From NCBI GenBank assembly GCA_002269645.1, contig NIVC01000990.1:248001-312000 (forward strand): a stretch of 64,000 nucleotides of DNA, in the 5' to 3' direction. The stretch comes from Macrostomum lignano. Lineage: Eukaryota. Of this stretch, positions 12,842 through 25,200 are shown piece after piece; the first letter of the stretch is position 1, and each line of letters opens with the position of its first letter. The notes under the pieces are model-generated. The model ran no database searches. It was not told the DNA's origin and saw only the letters and a program-made list of their open reading frames with translations. The position numbers and the translations under genes were made by a program.

Positions 12842-13639
12842 CCTGTGACTTATACCCAACTGTAATCAGTTGTTAAACTTTGTGATAATCAACTCCATGG
12901 TCGTATTGAAACTATGGGATAAATGAAGCAAAATCAATCAATCTGCCAGGGACCAATTTGGACTACCGGAAGCATTCTGTTCTTAACCTCCTCGAATGCT
13001 TCGCAGGCCTCGCTAATGGAGCCTGATTGATTGATTGATCAAATCAACTTTAGCTATAGGAGAGAGTGAGATACAGTGGTTCTACCGTCTGCTTCAGCTG
13101 GGTTTTTCAGCTTCTTCTAAAAGCAGACTTACGCCGCTGCATCAGGATGTGCCCCGGCAGCTGACCCGTCCGTTCTGAACAAAATGACACGAGAGAGAGC
13201 GTTGCAAAAGGAAAAATTAAGGATTTTTTAGTTTAAAGCGCATGGAATACTACTGCTTAACTTTAGGTTAATTATCGCTTATTGCAGATTTCCAATCCAG
13301 ATTGCTAGGTCTAGAAGTCCATGGGTTTTGTTGTTGAACTGGCGCGTGCAGCTGTTCGGTCCAATATAACTAGGAAACCGAACTGGGAAAGGAGAGCCAG
13401 TTTCTATTCATTGGCGTCTGGTCTCTGATCTCTGATGCCAGCTATGCTGCTAGCTGGTGCCAATTCTTAGCCTCCTCATCGCCAGAAACCAGCTTATCTA
13501 AGCACTCTATCTCTTCTGCTTCAGCGAAGTACTGCTGTAAATGAAACTGTGTAGACTGGGTTTTTGATTATGCAGCATCATTGGGTTGACCTTTAGTGCA
13601 GTGTGTGTACATTGCCTGACAATAAGAGAATCAGAGCCG

Positions 13640-14256
13640 CTGTGAGACAGGGGCGCCCACCAAGAGACAGGGGCGCCCACCAAGAGACAGGGCGCGCCCA
13701 CCAAGAGACAGGGGCGTCCACCAAGAGACAGGGGCGCCAATCAAGAGACAGGGGCGCCCACCAAGAGACAGGGGCGCCAATCAAGAGACAGGGGCGCCCA
13801 CCAAGAGACAGGGGGGCCAATCAAGAGACAGGGGCGCCCACCAAGAGACAGGGGCGCCCACCAAGAGACAGGGGCGCCCACCAAGAGACAGGGGCGCCAA
13901 TCAAGAGACAGGGGCGCCCACCAAGAGACAGGGGCGCCAATCAAGAGACAGGGGCGCCAATCAAGAGACAGGGGCGCCCACCAAGAGACAGGGGCGCCAA
14001 TCAAGAGACAGGGGCGCCAATCAAGAGACAGGGGCGCCAATCAAGAGACAGGGGCGCCAATCAAGAGACAGGGGCGCCAATCAAGAGACAGGGGCGCCAA
14101 TCAAGAGACAGGGGCGCCAATCAAGAGACAGGGGCGCCAATCAAGAGACAGGGGCGCCAATCAAGAGACAGGGGCGCCAATCAAGAGACAGGGGCGCCAA
14201 TCAAGAGACAGGGGCGCCCACCACGAAAAGACAGGGGCGCTCCTGTCTCTTGTTTG
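13640..14256. repeat. 20-nt minisatellite (CAAGAGACAGGGGCGCC[CAC/AAT]) ending in an inverted partial unit
   Basis: About 29 copies; terminal AGACAGG-GGCGCT-CCTGTCT hairpin at 14229-14248. Confidence 0.95.
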
Positions 14257-14943
14257 GCAGCAACTTTTCCCTCCGTTCTGCGTTTTGTTTTCAATTTCTA
14301 AAATAATATTTTTCAAATTAAAAGCCGTCTCTAAAATTGACCTTCCGCATATTCCTTTCTGCGCAGCAGCAGAAAAACATTGCAACGCAAATCGAAATTC
14401 GACCCAGGAAAGAATTGTGTCCGTTTTGAAGGCGGTTTGTGTTTTCTGTCTATCTGTCTGCTTACCTTTGCCTAGCGGGAGAGGCCGGGACAATCAAGTC
14501 GAACTTGTGTGTGTGTGTGGGGGGGGGGGGGCCACGGGACCGCCTGCCTTCGACTTCCAAGTGGTTGACAACCGAACTTCCTAGTTCCACGGCTCGAATA
14601 GTTTTGTCCCCCGGTTTCCAAGCGAGGGGGGAGTGTTTCTGCACGAGTCCCGGCCTGTGCTGGTTTATTCGCAATCGAATAGCTCGAAGTTTTGAGGTTG
14701 GAAACTGGAAGAGTTTTCTGTCATCTCTGTCACCGAATGAATGCCAGTGCGGCCACCCGGCTTCTATTTTTCCCCAAAGCATTCGTGGGTGCGTAATTCG
14801 CTCTGAATTTTATGAAGCTCCCCGATCTCTGATGGGGTCTGGCATGCAGCTCCATCCAAAGCAGGTTAAGGGGGAAAGGGGGCCGTTGCCCCCTCCCCAG
14901 AGTGTCCCTGCTGCCGGTGCCCTATCAAAGGAAATGGCGTATC

Positions 14944-15400
<457 letters not shown>

Positions 15401-15606
15401 AGTGATTGTCGATTTCGAGTTTTTTAGCTATTGCAAGACACTACTTTTCAGTTGAGCGTCTGTTGCGAGTTTTTTTGCTAAAATTTGCGCCAAACAAAAA
15501 GCGCCAAGCAGGTCGTGTCTGAGTCTGCAAATTCGTTGGTTTGTTGCAAATCCTTATTAACTGCTCAAATGAGTTTAAGAGCGTGTGAGTAGAGCTGCAT
15601 GTAGGA

Positions 15607-16139
15607 TTAACCATTTGTTGGAAGCCAAAGGCCTGCACCGCAGACCATACCGAAACGGCCCAAAAAACCAGAGATTGAAAAATGTCTATGGCATCAAAAA
15701 CCATCTCCCAGTCACTAAAGCAAATGCCCTGCTGTGCTGTGCAGGTCATGACTGGTTTAAAGAAGTCCATTACGCATTTCCATTATGTTTTCAGTCAAAT
15801 GTTCAAGGTGAAATAAAGGTGGGACTTCAATGTGTCTCATGCCAGATCCTGAAGCATGAAGCGTGGCTGCAGCAAAATACATGTACTGTCTTCTTAGCTG
15901 GAACGTCAGGTTTCAAAGAGCACATTCGGCATCGTTTGCACGGGCAACTTGCTTTAGAAACTTTTCATCTCGGCCTGCAGACAGTCCAGCAGGCAGCTTC
16001 GTGGGTAGGAAGGTTTGAACAGGAGCTAGCAGAAAAATTCTGTGATATACTTTACTTCTGGGCTTTTAGGGTGTGCACCCGATTCAGCAAAAAAGACAAA
16101 TTTGTCTTTAGGCTGCTCTGCAGGCCTTTGGGCTTTTAA
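15607..16139 (-). mobile_element. Degenerate piggyBac-derived non-autonomous element
   Basis: TTAA at both ends. Inverted repeat AAGCC(C)AAAGGCCTGCA at 15622-15637 / 16119-16135. Minus-strand remnant KRCRMC..KKT..CCSHASCFRIWH* (15827-15937) resembles the piggyBac C-terminal Cys-rich domain. Confidence 0.55.
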
Positions 16140-16304
16140 GCGATCTGACAGACTCAAGCTTGGGCGCGAATATTTTTTTCATCATTCAGTTTTTAATCTT
16201 TTGACTAATTTAATTTTTTAGCTACTAGAGACCAGATGCTCGACTTTTCGGGCACCTTTTTACACCATTTGGCGTAACTCCAGTCTGCTTTAAGATACAT
16301 CCCA

Positions 16305-17341
16305 ATGAGACAGACACTGAGGCAGGCACTAGGACAGACACTAGGACAGACACTATGACAGACACTATGACAGACACTGAGACAGACACTGAGGCAGACA
16401 CAAGGACAGACACTATGACAGACACTGAGACAGACACTGAGGCAGACACAAGGACAGACACTATGACAGACACTGAGACAGACACTGAGACAGACACTGA
16501 GGCAGACACTGAGGCAGACACTGAGGCAGACACTGAGGCAGACACTATGACAGACACTGAGACAGACACTAGGACAGACACTAAGACAGACACTAGGACA
16601 GACACTGAGACAGACACTAGGACAGACACTAGGACAGACACTAGGACAGACACTAGGACAGACACTATGACAGACACTATGACAGACACTGAGACAGACA
16701 CTAGGACAGACACTGAGACAGACATTAGGACAGACACTGAGGCAGGCACTAGGACAGACACTATGACAGACACTGAGACAGACACTGAGGCAGACACAAG
16801 GACAGACACTATGACAGACACTGAGACAGACACTGAGGCAGACACAAGGACAGACACTATGACAGACACTGAGACAGACACTGAGGCAGACACAAGGACA
16901 GACACTATGACAGACACTGAGACAGACACTGAGACAGACACTGAGGCAGACATTAGGACAGATACTGAGACAGACATTAGGACAGACACTGAGACAGACA
17001 CTGAGGCAGACACAAGGACAGACACTATGACAGACACTGAGACAGACACTGAGGCAGACACAAGGACAGACACTATGACAGACACTGAGACAGACACTGA
17101 GGCAGACACAAGGACAGACACTATGACAGACACTGAGACAGACACTGAGGCAGACACAAGGACAGACACTATGACAGACACTGAGACAGACACTGAGACA
17201 GACACTGAGGCAGACATTAGGACAGATACTGAGACAGACATTAGGACAGATACTGAGACACACACTGAGGCAGACATTAGGACAGACACTGAGACAGACA
17301 CTAGGACAGACACTGAGACACACACTGAGGCAGACACTATG
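16305..17341. repeat. 12-nt minisatellite (GACAGACACTGA and variants)
   Basis: Direct reading; the same family occurs at 39706-40375. Confidence 0.95.
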
Positions 17342-17816
17342 GCATGTAGGCCCTATTTTAGTGTCTGCCTGTCCACATCTTAACATTTCCACACTGAGAG
17401 CTGAATGCATGCGCAAATAAATTCTTTATCAGTGAGCCAAGCAGCGGTGCTGTGAATAATTCGTGCATTTTATGGAAGCAAAAAAAAGTTGCATGTATTT
17501 GTACATCAGCAGAGTTGCTTCTGAAGCCAGAGGACTCTTCAAGGCTCCAAGTGACTCTACAGTGAGACTGCCGGGGCTCTGCAGTGATGAGTAGCAAAGC
17601 TGCAAATAATTGTTCAAAATTGTAGTTGGCACTCAAATCATTGTTTGCCGAAGCGGAAGGACGTTGGAGACCAAGCTAGGAGGTTTTACCTTTTTAGCAA
17701 TAAATTCCTATTGTGTCTACTGGACTTCTATCTTCTATCCATCCATCCATCCATCCCAATATACTAAATCTCTAAGGTTTGTATGCTTGCTTGCTTTTCC
17801 ATAACGCTCTAGAGAT

Positions 17817-17985
17817 TGCAATTCTTGGCCGATTTTGATCGCGTTTTCGCCAAAAGATACAATTCTTGGCCGATTTTGATCGTGTTTTCGCCAAAAGATG
17901 CAATTGTTGGCCGATTTTGATCGCGTTTTCGCCAAAAGATGCAATTCTTGGCCGATTTTGATCGCGTTTTCGCCAAAAGATGCAA
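17817..17985. repeat. 41-nt tandem repeat x~4
   Basis: GCAATTCTTGGCCGATTTTGATCGCGTTTTCGCCAAAAGAT. Confidence 0.9.
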
Positions 17986-18129
17986 AATTGTCTGGAAAGA
18001 AGACGGTTAAAATTTCTTGTATCTGCTTCAACGCTTAAAGGAAAAAAATATTCAAAAAACTGTTTTAAATGGGCTTTTTCAATGCAAATTTTATCAGCGA
18101 GAAACTTCACCGCCAATTTTAATGATTGC

Positions 18130-18383
18130 GCAGCTCAGCCGCAGCTATTGCGCGGCGCAACTGAAGGCTGCGTACGGCTGTTCAGTCCAAGGACTGGGGG
18201 GGTCGCCACACACAGCCTCAATTACCCCAGCTAATGCTGGCACCCATTTTACAGCTGGGGTGAACTGAAGCAATGCAGAGTTGAGTGTTTTGCTCAAGGA
18301 CACAAATTGTTCCAGTGGGATCGGGAATCAAACCCCCGACCTTCAAGTCGTGAGCCCGACGCTCTAAACACTAGGCTACAGCC
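18130..18383 (-). mobile_element. tRNA-derived SINE, family A, copy 2
   Basis: A-box-like TAGCCTAGTG, B-box-like GGTTTGATTCCC, body shared with copy 1. Confidence 0.8.
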
Positions 18384-18860
18384 CTGAAGTGTCTATAGAA
18401 GGCGCCCCTTTGACTTTCCAATCGTCAGGCATGCACTCTCTCTGTGCCTTGGAGGTTGGCCCTCAAGGCGTCATGATTTTAAACATAGGCGGCTGAAGTG
18501 GAAAGAAGCTGAACTCGACTTTCTTAGAAATGAGCTGAAGCCCTGCGTGGAACGTATGTTTCTAATGGGGCTTTGCCTTAAACTGGTATAGAATAATCCT
18601 CTCTAATTCATACGCTCCATTTTACTAAATAGAATCCATTAGCAATCAATTTAAAAGCTAAAAAGTCAAAAAATTAAAATTCCTCCGAGTCCTCTTTGCT
18701 CATCCGCTAGAGTCACTCATCGTTGCTAGGCAATGAGCTAGGTAAACAGAATTTCACTCCCCAGTGTTTTAAGGCATCGCAGCGGATTGCAGAGCCTCCC
18801 AGAACATCATCACACGAAGTAAAAGCTGCGGACTCAAAGCCAACTGCTACCAACGGCACA

Positions 18861-19139
18861 ATGCTTTCTCAGCTCATCATCTGCGCTGTCATGGCAGCGG
18901 CTGCCACGGCTGAGAAGCCCTGCTGGAGTCTTCAGCGAGGTGACCTCGCCGAGTACCGGGTGCTGGCGGTGAAGCTGGCGGTCAACGACATTCACTGCGT
19001 GACTTCTGCTGAGAACGCGGAAGCCGTCCGCTTCGACGCGGCCTCGGGCTCCTGCTCGCTGCTGGCCTGCGATCGGGGAGCGATGGACGCCTGCAGGAAG
19101 TGCCGGCACGCCAGCGACTCCAGACTGCCTCAGCTGTGG
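18861..19139 (+). CDS. Fibrinogen-related protein exon 1: signal peptide + Cys-containing PAN/Apple-like domain
   Basis: acaATG start, MLSQLIICAVMAAAATA signal peptide, C..HC..A.RF....C.L pattern, donor TGG|GTGAGT in phase 0. Confidence 0.8.
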
Positions 19140-19185
19140 GTGAGTGAGCTGGGCTTTGCTTTGCGGCTTCTGCACTTTGCAGAAA

Positions 19186-19567
19186 GCAGAGCATCAATAT
19201 GCGTGCATGAAATGCAGCACCGCATCAATATGCGTGCACAAAATGCAGCACCGCATCAATATGCGTGCATGAAATGCAGCACCGCATCAATATGCGTGCA
19301 CGAAATGCAGTACCGCATCAATATGCGTGCACAAAATGCAGCACCGCATCAATATGCGTGCACGAAATGCAGCACCGCATCAATATGCGTGCACGAAATG
19401 CAGCACCGCATCAATATGCGTGCATGAAATGCAGCACCGCATCAATATGCGTGCACGAAATGCAGCACCGGATCAAAATGCGTGCACGAAATGCAGCACC
19501 GCATCAATATGCGTGCACGAAATGCAGCACCGCATCAATATGCGTGCACGAAATGCAGCACCGCATC
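19186..19567. repeat. 31-nt hairpin-cored minisatellite filling the FReD-gene intron (x~12)
   Basis: GCACCGCATCAATATGCGTGCACGAAATGCA. Confidence 0.95.
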
Positions 19568-19578
19568 GCCCATTGCAG

Positions 19579-20151
19579 ATGAGGAAGCCGGTGAAGTGCT
19601 GGACGACCTTCCAGCACAGAGTCGACGGCTCCGTCAGCTTCAACCGGAGCTGGGCGGACTACGCGAGCGGATTCGGTCAGGGCGAGAGACTCAACTACTG
19701 GATGGGACTGGAGCAGCTCCACCAGCTCACCGCCACCGGAGTGTGGAGAGTCCGCTGGGAGTTCAGCGACTGGAACGGCACCTGGTACTGGGCTGAGAAT
19801 GCTCCGTTCTCTGTTGGCCCAGCGAGCGACAAGTACAGGTGCTCGATGGGACCTCTGGACGCGAGCAGGTCGAGTGTCGGACAGCGGACAGCTGAAGCGA
19901 ACTTCTCGCCGAACAACTGGCAGTTCAGCACTCCGGACTCCGACAATGACAATTGGAGCGAAGGAAGCTGCGCGCTCCATCGGTCCGCTGCCTGGTGGTA
20001 CGGCGTGTGCTCATTCATGGACCCGAACGGAGTCTACAAAGAGTATCCCAATATTAACACACGGGGGCTTTTTTACTATCTTAATGAGTCTGGTAGCGCA
20101 CTTGTTTTGTCCTACTCGATGAAGACGTTTGAGTGCCTGATTTTCAATTGA
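19579..20151 (+). CDS. Fibrinogen-related protein exon 2: fibrinogen C-terminal (FReD) domain
   Basis: cattgcag|ATG acceptor in phase 0. WTTFQHRVDGSVSFNRSWADYASGFG, YWMGLEQLH, FSTPDSDND..CA..WWY..C..NG. Total protein 283 aa. AATAAA at 20426. Confidence 0.93.
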   Translation: MRKPVKCWTTFQHRVDGSVSFNRSWADYASGFGQGERLNYWMGLEQLHQLTATGVWRVRWEFSDWNGTWYWAENAPFSVGPASDKYRCSMGPLDASRSSVGQRTAEANFSPNNWQFSTPDSDNDNWSEGSCALHRSAAWWYGVCSFMDPNGVYKEYPNINTRGLFYYLNESGSALVLSYSMKTFECLIFN

Positions 20152-20595
20152 GCTGCTTAGTGCAGCTGTCGGCCGCTAGACTTCATCAGCTGGCCTGATC
20201 TCAATCTTGCACTCTTGGGTCCTTTTTTCACCGTCATACATACTTTACCTTCTACTCGTCAGTAGACGAACTCAGAAGTTTTTAAATTGTGCACAAACAT
20301 AAAAAATGTCTTTTTCCTTTAGCAATCGTAGAGTTTATCGTAGAGTACTTAATCGTGTAACTGTTACAATACGAGAATTCTAACGTAGTATGCTCTACTT
20401 TTTGTATTGCTGTAAAGTAGTATACAATAAACTTTTCTCTAATCCTTAAAATCCCACCTAAATACAAGCAGCAATCCATTAATGCTATATACTTGTCGAC
20501 TTTTTTCATTTCGTTTATCAGGATGTTGCTGTCCTCTAGAAACTGGTAAGGATAGTGGGGTCGCATGCAGGCGTATTAACTGTTATTTACATGTA

Positions 20596-21165
20596 ACTGA
20601 CTGTGCTGTATGTACTGTACGTATGTACTGACTGTGCTGTATGTACTGACTGTGCTGTATGTACTGTACGTATGTACTGACTGTGCTGTATGTACTGTAC
20701 GTATGTACTGTCTGTGCTGTATGTACTGTACGTATGTACTGTCTGTGCTGTATGTACTGTACGTATGTACTGTCTGTGCTATACCATGTGTACTGTCTGT
20801 GCTATATGTACTGCGTATGTACTGTCTGTGATGTAAGTGCTGTACGTACTATATGTGCTGTATGTGCTGTATGTACTATATGTGCTGTATGTGCTGTATG
20901 TGCTGTATGTACTATATGTGCTGTATGTACTGTATGTGCTGTATGTGCTGTATGTGCTGTATGTGCTGTATGTGCTGTACGTACTATATGTGCTGTATGT
21001 ACTGTATGTGCTGTATGTGCTGTATGTGCTGTATGTGCTGTATGTGCTGTACGTACTATATGTGCTGTATGTGCTGTATGTGCTGTATGTGCTGTATGTG
21101 CTGTATGTGCTGTATGTACTATATGTGCTGTATGTGCTGCAGTGCTGTAAGTGCTGTAAGTGCTG
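20596..21165. repeat. 9-nt (TATGTGCTG)-based compound repeat
   Basis: Direct reading. Confidence 0.9.
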
Positions 21166-21173
21166 CAATGTAC

Positions 21174-21513
21174 CAAGGGCGTCGACCTGGATTTTATGGG
21201 GGCGACAAAACCAAGAATTCAACATTTACATGACTATAAATTCCTACAGTTCCATTATACGAGTATTAAGAATCGTGCTGTCAGCGTTCATTTTGGCGCC
21301 GCAGGGACTCATTTTGGCGCCACAGGGACTCATTTTGGCACCACAGGGACTCATTTTGGCGCCATTTTTGCGCTGTGAAGAAAAATTATTGATAAAAACA
21401 CAACGGGTCACAAGGTGGGGTCAGGGGGGACAAAGCATTGGCATGTCCCCCATAGCTTTTACTGGGGGGAGGGACATGCCCCTCCTGCCCCCCCCCCGGT
21501 GGCGATGCGCCTG
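21174..21513. mobile_element. Degenerate MITE-like element with internal 21-nt repeat (x~4)
   Basis: Imperfect TIR (CAAGGGCGTCGAC vs reverse complement CAGGCGCATCGCC), subterminal poly-G/poly-C, GGGACTCATTTTGGCGCCACA repeat at 21290-21365. TSD not clean. Confidence 0.35.
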
Positions 21514-22286
21514 TATGTCCTGCATCCCTCCCATTTTTCTTCTTCCTCTCCCTCTCCTCTCCCTCTGCACCCCTCAAAAACTGTCATCAAAAAAGCAGAC
21601 ACCCAGAAAAAGCTGAGTCCGCATGCAAAGCCAGTAGTTAATCCGACAGCAGCTCTGCCGTGTTCAAGGATTCAATTAATGCAACTTTTTATGCCTTTTA
21701 AAAGCAGCCTCGGTTTATTAGTGATTTAACAGAGCAGATTATTAGCAGATAGAATCCTCAGGTTTTCACACAGCTTCAGCAACATCAATATTGAATTATA
21801 TTGAATATATGAACATCGGGCCTAGGCGTTAAGAAAAAATAGTGAACAAATAAGCAAAGTGTGTCGAGAACTGCAGGACTGCACGCAGTTTCACGCGATG
21901 AAGCCACAGAGACAGAAAAATCAAATTTCAAATTTTTGCCTTCTCATTTTCAACACATTATTAAGCTGCAGAGGATTTCCAACCAGCAACATAAAAAGTG
22001 AATATTTACTGCACATACTACTGATTTACAATAGCAAAAATACTGCTTTATAAACATAGTTAACGAACGCCAGAGAAAAGCTATCAGGCAAATATTAGTT
22101 ATATATACGAGCGTATAATAGACAAAAGATAGGCTTAGATTTATATATGCATATACATATATAGTGTGCAGGCCGACCCTGATAATGGCATCACAATGGC
22201 ATCAACATTCGCTAATTTAGCTTGCGTTGAAATTCTGTACAATAGAAACAAAATTCGTTAACAATATTCGCATCACGCTACTGAAC

Positions 22287-25200
22287 CAGGGTGACCGCGC
22301 TCCAGTAACTTTTTTCTTCCCTGACCAAATTAAATTTTCCCTGACACACTAAAAGTAATAGAAGAAGCTCAGTGATAGTTGTGCACAAAAAATTTATTGC
22401 AACAAACTGTTGCGCATTAAAGTCAGCAATGTTGAGATTTATTTAATTTGAATTGAAGTTGAAACAGCGATGTATTGGTAATTTGTTTGAATTATAATGA
22501 AAAATCAATGCACTGGAAACTGACCAAAAAAAACTTAGTGTTTTAATAAAAAATTGCATGAAAAATAGCAAGTACTAACTTTAACTTTTGTATGTGGTGC
22601 ACAGTAAAACAAAAGTAAGAGATGTAGCACTGTAGTTAAAATTTGAGTTCAATGAGGAATCGTACCTTCAAGTGCTACAATCTCTTTCTCTACCTTCTCC
22701 ACTTCTTCCTTTTTCTGTTGTGCAGCACGACGCAGTGCATTTGACTTCACGAGTAGGCTCATGTTTGAATCCGTCTCACATTGGTACACGAGGCTATCCG
22801 CATCTTTGGTGAGAACTGCAACATCAAGCAGGAGCTTCTTTCGCTTCGACTGGAGCTCCAGCACCGTTGCATCCTTCCTTTTCCTTGATTCCTCGTATTT
22901 CCGATGAGATGCTTCTGCTCGCTGCTGCTCCAACATGGCCCTGTACCTACTCCTGGCACTTCTCACACTCTTCAACATCTCCTCGGTAACTTTCGCGATG
23001 ATTTCAGCAGCAGTCTTTCCCTTTTGCCACTCGTACACAAGTCGGAGAGAACGAATGCTCAATCCCTGAAGATTTGGTTCTAAGCACTCTTTGTTGACAC
23101 TGAAGCCGCGCTCAACAGCAGCATTCCCATGGAAGGTCGTCAGAACCATTTTCACAATGATCTGCAAATTATTGGTACTCGTTGAATCAGTGAAGAGGGA
23201 AGCAAAGAGGACATCAAGTCGGTCTGACTTATAGTTGAATTGAGACAGCTGAAATCGATGCTCACGAACTGTAACAGTTCGAAACTGGGTGAACTCGGAC
23301 TTTGCAACGTCAGCTTCCTGTGCAGTGATGCGTCCCTTAGTGTAGGCTTCCAGGACAAGTGCATCAAAATCCGCTTGAGCCGGTGATGAGGATGGTGGGT
23401 CACTATCCAATTCTGCCACCAGCTCAGAAGGCTGCAAGCAACGAGATCCACGAACAAATGGATAGTTTAGTACGCATCTCTTCAGAAGATGCTTTGCTGT
23501 AGTGGTAACAAATGACTTTACATCCTTTCGAAAGCCAAGAATCTGGAGCTCGCTGACACCAGACTTCTGCAGGAGTGCCTGGGCAGCTGTACCAACATTA
23601 GTTGAACCAGCAGGCAGAAAATTAGCCTCGTCCTCGAAGACACCAGCTTGGTGAATAGCAAACTGTGATACAGTTGACAACAGTTTCAGAGCGGGAGGCT
23701 TCAAGACTGTATGAAGCAGGCTTACAAACAGTGCATGCACTCGGTCTGCCATGAAAGGCAGCATTGGTGAATCAGTTTGAAATTCTGTCAAAAAGTCGTT
23801 GAAAGGCTTGGCAATAAATAAAAAAAATGCAAACCTCGCCGCTTGCAATGGCCTTTTCGTGCAAGACTGCAGGAGCTCAAAGTGGCGGTTGCCACTGACA
23901 TGTGCTTTCATTGCCTTATTCTGTGAAGCAGTTTGTACATAGGTACATAAGTCGGGCCAGATGGCAAGTGCACGCTCAGCAACAGTGACATTTTCTAGCC
24001 AACGACAGGCACAGAACTTTAGAGGGAACACACGTGTACCTGTGGCCTCAATGAAGTCCTTGCGACGTGCAGGCGCATCTTTGAACAGGTAGTACAAGGA
24101 GCTCAAAAGAGCTTCAATGTCCCAACCACTGGCTAAGACACCCTGATTAAATGCTCTGTGGACTCGATGTAGAGAGCAGGATCCGCAGTGAATGATCTTT
24201 GCATCCGTAGCACTACTACTAGCAACATAGGCATCCAGTAGCTTGTGAAAGGCCCAGTTGACATTAGGTCCATCCATGCCCACTTGCAATAGCTTGCTGA
24301 CAGAGATGCCATTGAAAGATGCTAGAAAAGACTCCAAGAGATTTGCTGCAGTGCATGAAAGAAGAAATTGAGAATCGAAGTAAAATGTCTTTACTGGAGG
24401 CTCAGTTGAGTCTTCTTCATTAGTCCAGACACGAACATGAATGTCCATTTGCGATTGCTGCATGATTTTGTTTAAACTCTCGTCAAAGCTAACAGAAAAG
24501 AACCGTTGGTTATTCAAAATAGTTGTTAGCTGCTCCTTTAGGAATGGTGCCAATCCGAAGTTGATTATGTATCGGACTTTGTCGTAGCCAAGGGACATTT
24601 CCTTTGCAATGGCACTGTCAGTAAACATGGCTTTGAATCGATCAGTAATTCCAGCTGCTGAGCGAAATGAAAAGTGCTCGTCTACCATGTAAAAAACCCA
24701 TGTAGCTCAGCTTGCTCAGCACTGTTCTTTAAACATTTTAGTACTTCGTCATTTGTAGCAGCAACTGCAGCAACAGTACCGCCACTTGTAGTGCTGCCCG
24801 ATGGCATACAGAATGCTTGAATACTTGATGTTGTTGCGACGGCACTCATGCGATTTAGATGAGTTTTTCCTTTAGCATGGGAAGTTAAGGCCGTCTTTCC
24901 CATATTGGAAAGTTCGACTTTCTTTTCGCAGCTTTTGCAGTAAGCTGCATTTCGATTGCCCGAGTAGGAAGTTACCCAGGAGAATTCCTCTTCCCACTTC
25001 TTGTCATAGTAAGTTGTTTTTTTTGAAGTGGAACTCATAAGGCTAGAACTGGAAGGAGTTAGTAGTAAGGTGTACATAAAATTAAAATAATCTATATAAC
25101 ATTAGCAAGCTATTTAGTATTTACACCACTTATTTATACTTGTACTATTGCAATATAATATTATAAGTCTAATATAAACCTGCAATATAAATTTATACAA

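Noticed and set aside
15585-16139. 184-aa plus-strand ORF
   Set aside because: It is the antisense shadow of the piggyBac remnant, with no recognisable motifs.
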